DNA of 64,000 nt from an uncultured Burkholderiales bacterium (lineage in GTDB: Bacteria > Bacteroidota > Bacteroidia > UBA8524), in assembly GCA_964620355.1 (NCBI GenBank), contig CAZUIT010000012.1:1070-65069 (forward strand), given 5' to 3'. The translations under genes and the position numbers were made by a program. Within the stretch, counting starts at the first letter, position 1. The number at the start of each line of letters is the position of its first letter. Shown here piece by piece: positions 61,084 to 64,000 of this stretch. The notes under the pieces are model-generated. The model made no database searches. It was not told the origin of the DNA and saw nothing but the letters and a program-made list of their open reading frames with translations.

Positions 61084-62397
61084 ATGAGCATGATTAAAAA
61101 CTTCATACTTCTTATATTCACTCTGATTTTCTGTCAACCCGTTTTTTGCCAAAGAGATAGTTTGATTAACATTGGTCATGTAGACATTATTCAATCAAAA
61201 ATATTAAATGAAAAACGAGAAATCATGGTGCATGTGCCACCAAATCGTTCACTATCAGATTCATTTCCAGTAATGATCGTTTTTGATGGGGACGCTTTAT
61301 TTACTAAAACCATTGGTATAGTAGATCATTTGAGCAGTGATTACGGAAATAATAAATGTCCGAAAATGATTGTTGTTGGAATTAGGCATCCCAACAGAAT
61401 GAAGGATTTGTTCCCTGTTTTTAACGAAGACAATCTATTTAAAAATGACAAGTTTGCCGAATTTATAGAGAAGGAATTAATTCCCCATTTAGACCAAAAA
61501 TACCCGACCACCACGTTTCGCCTATTGGTTGGTCATTCGGTTGGTGGACTTAGAGTAGCAAATTTTGCTGTATACAATTCAAATGCCTTTCATGCATACA
61601 TTGCTTTAGATCCTAGCCTTGGCCATGATTTGAACAAATGGTCGAATAGAGCTGATTCTGTCATAAAGGAGGCGAAATATTCCAATAAATCGATGTTCGT
61701 TGCAATGGCGCAAACCATGCCTGTACTAACGGACACTTCCATTATTAACAAAGATGATTCGGGAGAAGCCAGGCATATGAGAGCCATCATGCGGTTTTGT
61801 TATGGGTTTCAACACTATTCCATTGATGGGATGGATTTTAATTGGAACTATTATCCCAAGGAAAGTCATGCTGGTGTTACCTTTTTAGGCTTGTACGATG
61901 GGTTGAATTCTATTTTTTCATGGTATGAATTTAAAGAATCGCAGCAATTAAACGACACCACAATAAGTGCACAAAAGGCAGTTGCAATTTTGGAAAATCA
62001 CTTTCAATTAATTTCTAAAAAAATGGGGTATACTATTCTGCCTCCAGAATCTAGAGTAAATAATATAATTGACAATTTTTGGCGTAGAAATAGGATTGAC
62101 AAAGCTGCTGCTTTTGCTGAAATTAATTGTAAAAATTACCCAAATAGCGAAAGTGCCACAAACTATTTAGGATACCTAAGAATAGAACAGAAAATGCTAG
62201 AGGAGGCCCTTGTTCTATTTGAAAAAAATACAAAAGATTATCCTTTGTCTTTAAATGCTTGGGACAGTTATGGCGAATGCTTAAAAATGATGGGAAGAAA
62301 AAAAGAGGCGATTAAGGCGTATAAAAAGGTATTAGATTTTAATCCAAATAATAAAAATGCCGCAAATATGATAAAGGAAATGAATGCGAATGATTAG
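61084..62397 (+). CDS. IroE-like alpha/beta-hydrolase with C-terminal TPR
   Basis: Signal peptide, SKILNEKRE, GHSVGG, ESHAG, NAWDSYGE TPR. Confidence 0.87.
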   Translation: MSMIKNFILLIFTLIFCQPVFCQRDSLINIGHVDIIQSKILNEKREIMVHVPPNRSLSDSFPVMIVFDGDALFTKTIGIVDHLSSDYGNNKCPKMIVVGIRHPNRMKDLFPVFNEDNLFKNDKFAEFIEKELIPHLDQKYPTTTFRLLVGHSVGGLRVANFAVYNSNAFHAYIALDPSLGHDLNKWSNRADSVIKEAKYSNKSMFVAMAQTMPVLTDTSIINKDDSGEARHMRAIMRFCYGFQHYSIDGMDFNWNYYPKESHAGVTFLGLYDGLNSIFSWYEFKESQQLNDTTISAQKAVAILENHFQLISKKMGYTILPPESRVNNIIDNFWRRNRIDKAAAFAEINCKNYPNSESATNYLGYLRIEQKMLEEALVLFEKNTKDYPLSLNAWDSYGECLKMMGRKKEAIKAYKKVLDFNPNNKNAANMIKEMNAND

Positions 62398-62604
62398 AAC
62401 GATATGACTATCCGTTTAAATCCCACCTTCGAATTTTTGGACTAGTTGGTAAATTTCCAGTAATATATGCCGTGCGGCTCTTTCATTCCGTTCTCTAGCC
62501 TGTGCTCTATAGCGGATGCGATGGGCGAGCTTTTTAGTGAAGACGGAGCAGCTCATCAAATTTGTCCAAGCAACTAATCGTTCGTCTCAATTATCATAGA
62601 GAGT

Positions 62605-63771
62605 ATGAAGTCATTTTTCATTCTACTCTTCTTATATCTTTGTTCGCTTAGCGGATTTAGTCAACAGCATTATCCTTTAAAATTGAATTTTGGCTACGGC
62701 ACGGCCTATAGCTTTGCCACCGTTGACGGACAAAAATCATTTAGGCCGCACCAACAATCAGCGCTTGTAGCAGAAGGAAGATGGTCGCAACAATGGTCGC
62801 TGAATACAGAGGAAACCAAACTTAAATCTTGGGAAAATTTCCTGTATAACGCTCAGTTCTATTTCGGAGTAGAAAAGCAACTCAATGAACGGTTTATCCT
62901 TGCCAGCGGACTGGAAATCGGTGGCCGAAACTTCACGCTCACCGAATACCGAATTCAGGATGGAAGAGATTTGGGTCCCATAATAGAAGCCTATTATGCC
63001 AATCGCATGCAACGTGCGTATTTAGTCACTAGCTTGCCTTTGTTATTAAAAACCAGTCTAAACCAAAAGGGCAAACTTCAAGTTTTAGCCCTCAGTGGCA
63101 TTGCCTTAAACTATGCCCACTCGCTCGAAAGGAATACTGCCTTCTATAAAAGCAAAGAACTGAGCACTTTTTTCCCAAGCCTGCATGTGGGATTGGAAGT
63201 CAAAGAAAGGTACTTGAATAGGGTGTCTATCGATTTTGGATGGCAGATAGGACTTGCCAATATCTTGAAGGATGAAGTAGTAATTTATACTGGATTAAAG
63301 ACAGGAGATGGCATACAGCGTTACGCCGTTGAATCAAAAGGAAGTCATGTCAGGGCAGGTATCTGTTTTTACTTTAATGCACCATCTATCAAAAAACCAG
63401 TACCGATTGTGGCACTCCCACCAAGCATACCTCCAATAGGAAAAACCATCGATATCGCCTTAGAATCAGGCCCCTTTCAACTCAGTATTGTTGATGATCA
63501 GACCATTGATGATGATTCAGTAAAAATTATGCAAGATGGGCAGGTGGTTATAGAAGCGATTGGGCTTCAAAAAAACGAACAGTGTTTTGAATTGCAGTTG
63601 GATAGCACATTAGGCGAAACAGAAATACGCATCATAGCACTTAATGATGGCCGAATTAAGCCTAATACCATGCGCGTAATTATCAAGCAGTATGGCAAAG
63701 AAGTCAACAACGCTTTTATACGCACCGAAACGACCCATTCAGTACAAATCCTCCTTAGAACAAGCAAATGA
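62605..63771 (+). CDS. Outer-membrane beta-barrel-like protein with C-terminal acidic beta domain
   Basis: Signal peptide, alternating beta-strands, Pro linker, DDQTIDDDSV...ALNDG..PNT. Confidence 0.6.
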   Translation: MKSFFILLFLYLCSLSGFSQQHYPLKLNFGYGTAYSFATVDGQKSFRPHQQSALVAEGRWSQQWSLNTEETKLKSWENFLYNAQFYFGVEKQLNERFILASGLEIGGRNFTLTEYRIQDGRDLGPIIEAYYANRMQRAYLVTSLPLLLKTSLNQKGKLQVLALSGIALNYAHSLERNTAFYKSKELSTFFPSLHVGLEVKERYLNRVSIDFGWQIGLANILKDEVVIYTGLKTGDGIQRYAVESKGSHVRAGICFYFNAPSIKKPVPIVALPPSIPPIGKTIDIALESGPFQLSIVDDQTIDDDSVKIMQDGQVVIEAIGLQKNEQCFELQLDSTLGETEIRIIALNDGRIKPNTMRVIIKQYGKEVNNAFIRTETTHSVQILLRTSK

Positions 63772-64000
63772 AAAAGTTAAATCTCCTCTTCGTTATATGT
63801 ATCGTGAGTTTCTTGAGTTGCACTAAATCTATAGACATACAAGAGCCCGAAAGAACAGATATTACAGGAATCTGGAATGCTTATGGATTCCAAGATCTTA
63901 GTGGATATGTGCCATTGGAAATTATAGAAATAAGCAAAAACGAAACGAATGAATACACCGCATTAAAAATTATGGGCGACAATGGCGTACCAACTGGTAC
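63768..64000 (+). CDS. Hypothetical lipoprotein (partial)
   Basis: ATGA overlap; MKKLNLLFVICIVSFLSC...DITGIW, open to the window end. Confidence 0.75.
   Translation, partial: MKKLNLLFVICIVSFLSCTKSIDIQEPERTDITGIWNAYGFQDLSGYVPLEIIEISKNETNEYTALKIMGDNGVPTG

Noticed and set aside
62460-62595. Additional attC-like site (also considered at 58250-58450)
   Set aside because: No clear TAAC/GTTA pair or stem could be established by eye.

Overview
Chromosomal window from a Bacteroidota bacterium, judged from type IX secretion C-terminal domains, a RemB/Wzi-like protein, TamL, DUF3127 and TAnnTTTG promoter motifs. The first ~35 kb is mostly core genes: enoyl-CoA hydratase, comEC, tdk, two pyrC paralogs, uvrC, yigZ, a thiolase, a TrmH methylase, tamL and pyrD. 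It also holds a 1660-aa T9SS adhesin-like protein and an ArsR-SRPBCC-DoxX-YdeI operon. The last ~29 kb is accessory. It contains an intact IS1595-family element with an 8-bp TSD inside the signal peptide of a T9SS gene, an arsC-acr3 pair without arsR, redox modules and a RelE/HTH toxin-antitoxin pair. It also has pseudogenes and a co-oriented run of cassette-like genes with one degenerate attC-like site. The most striking signal is a set of tiny REP-like palindromes and 6-8 bp microrepeats. They sit inside one another, form tandem mosaics, and appear to have been absorbed in frame to build the acidic linker of the protein at 2805-3722. No tRNA, rRNA or CRISPR array was seen. Family calls come from motif recognition only, with no database search.
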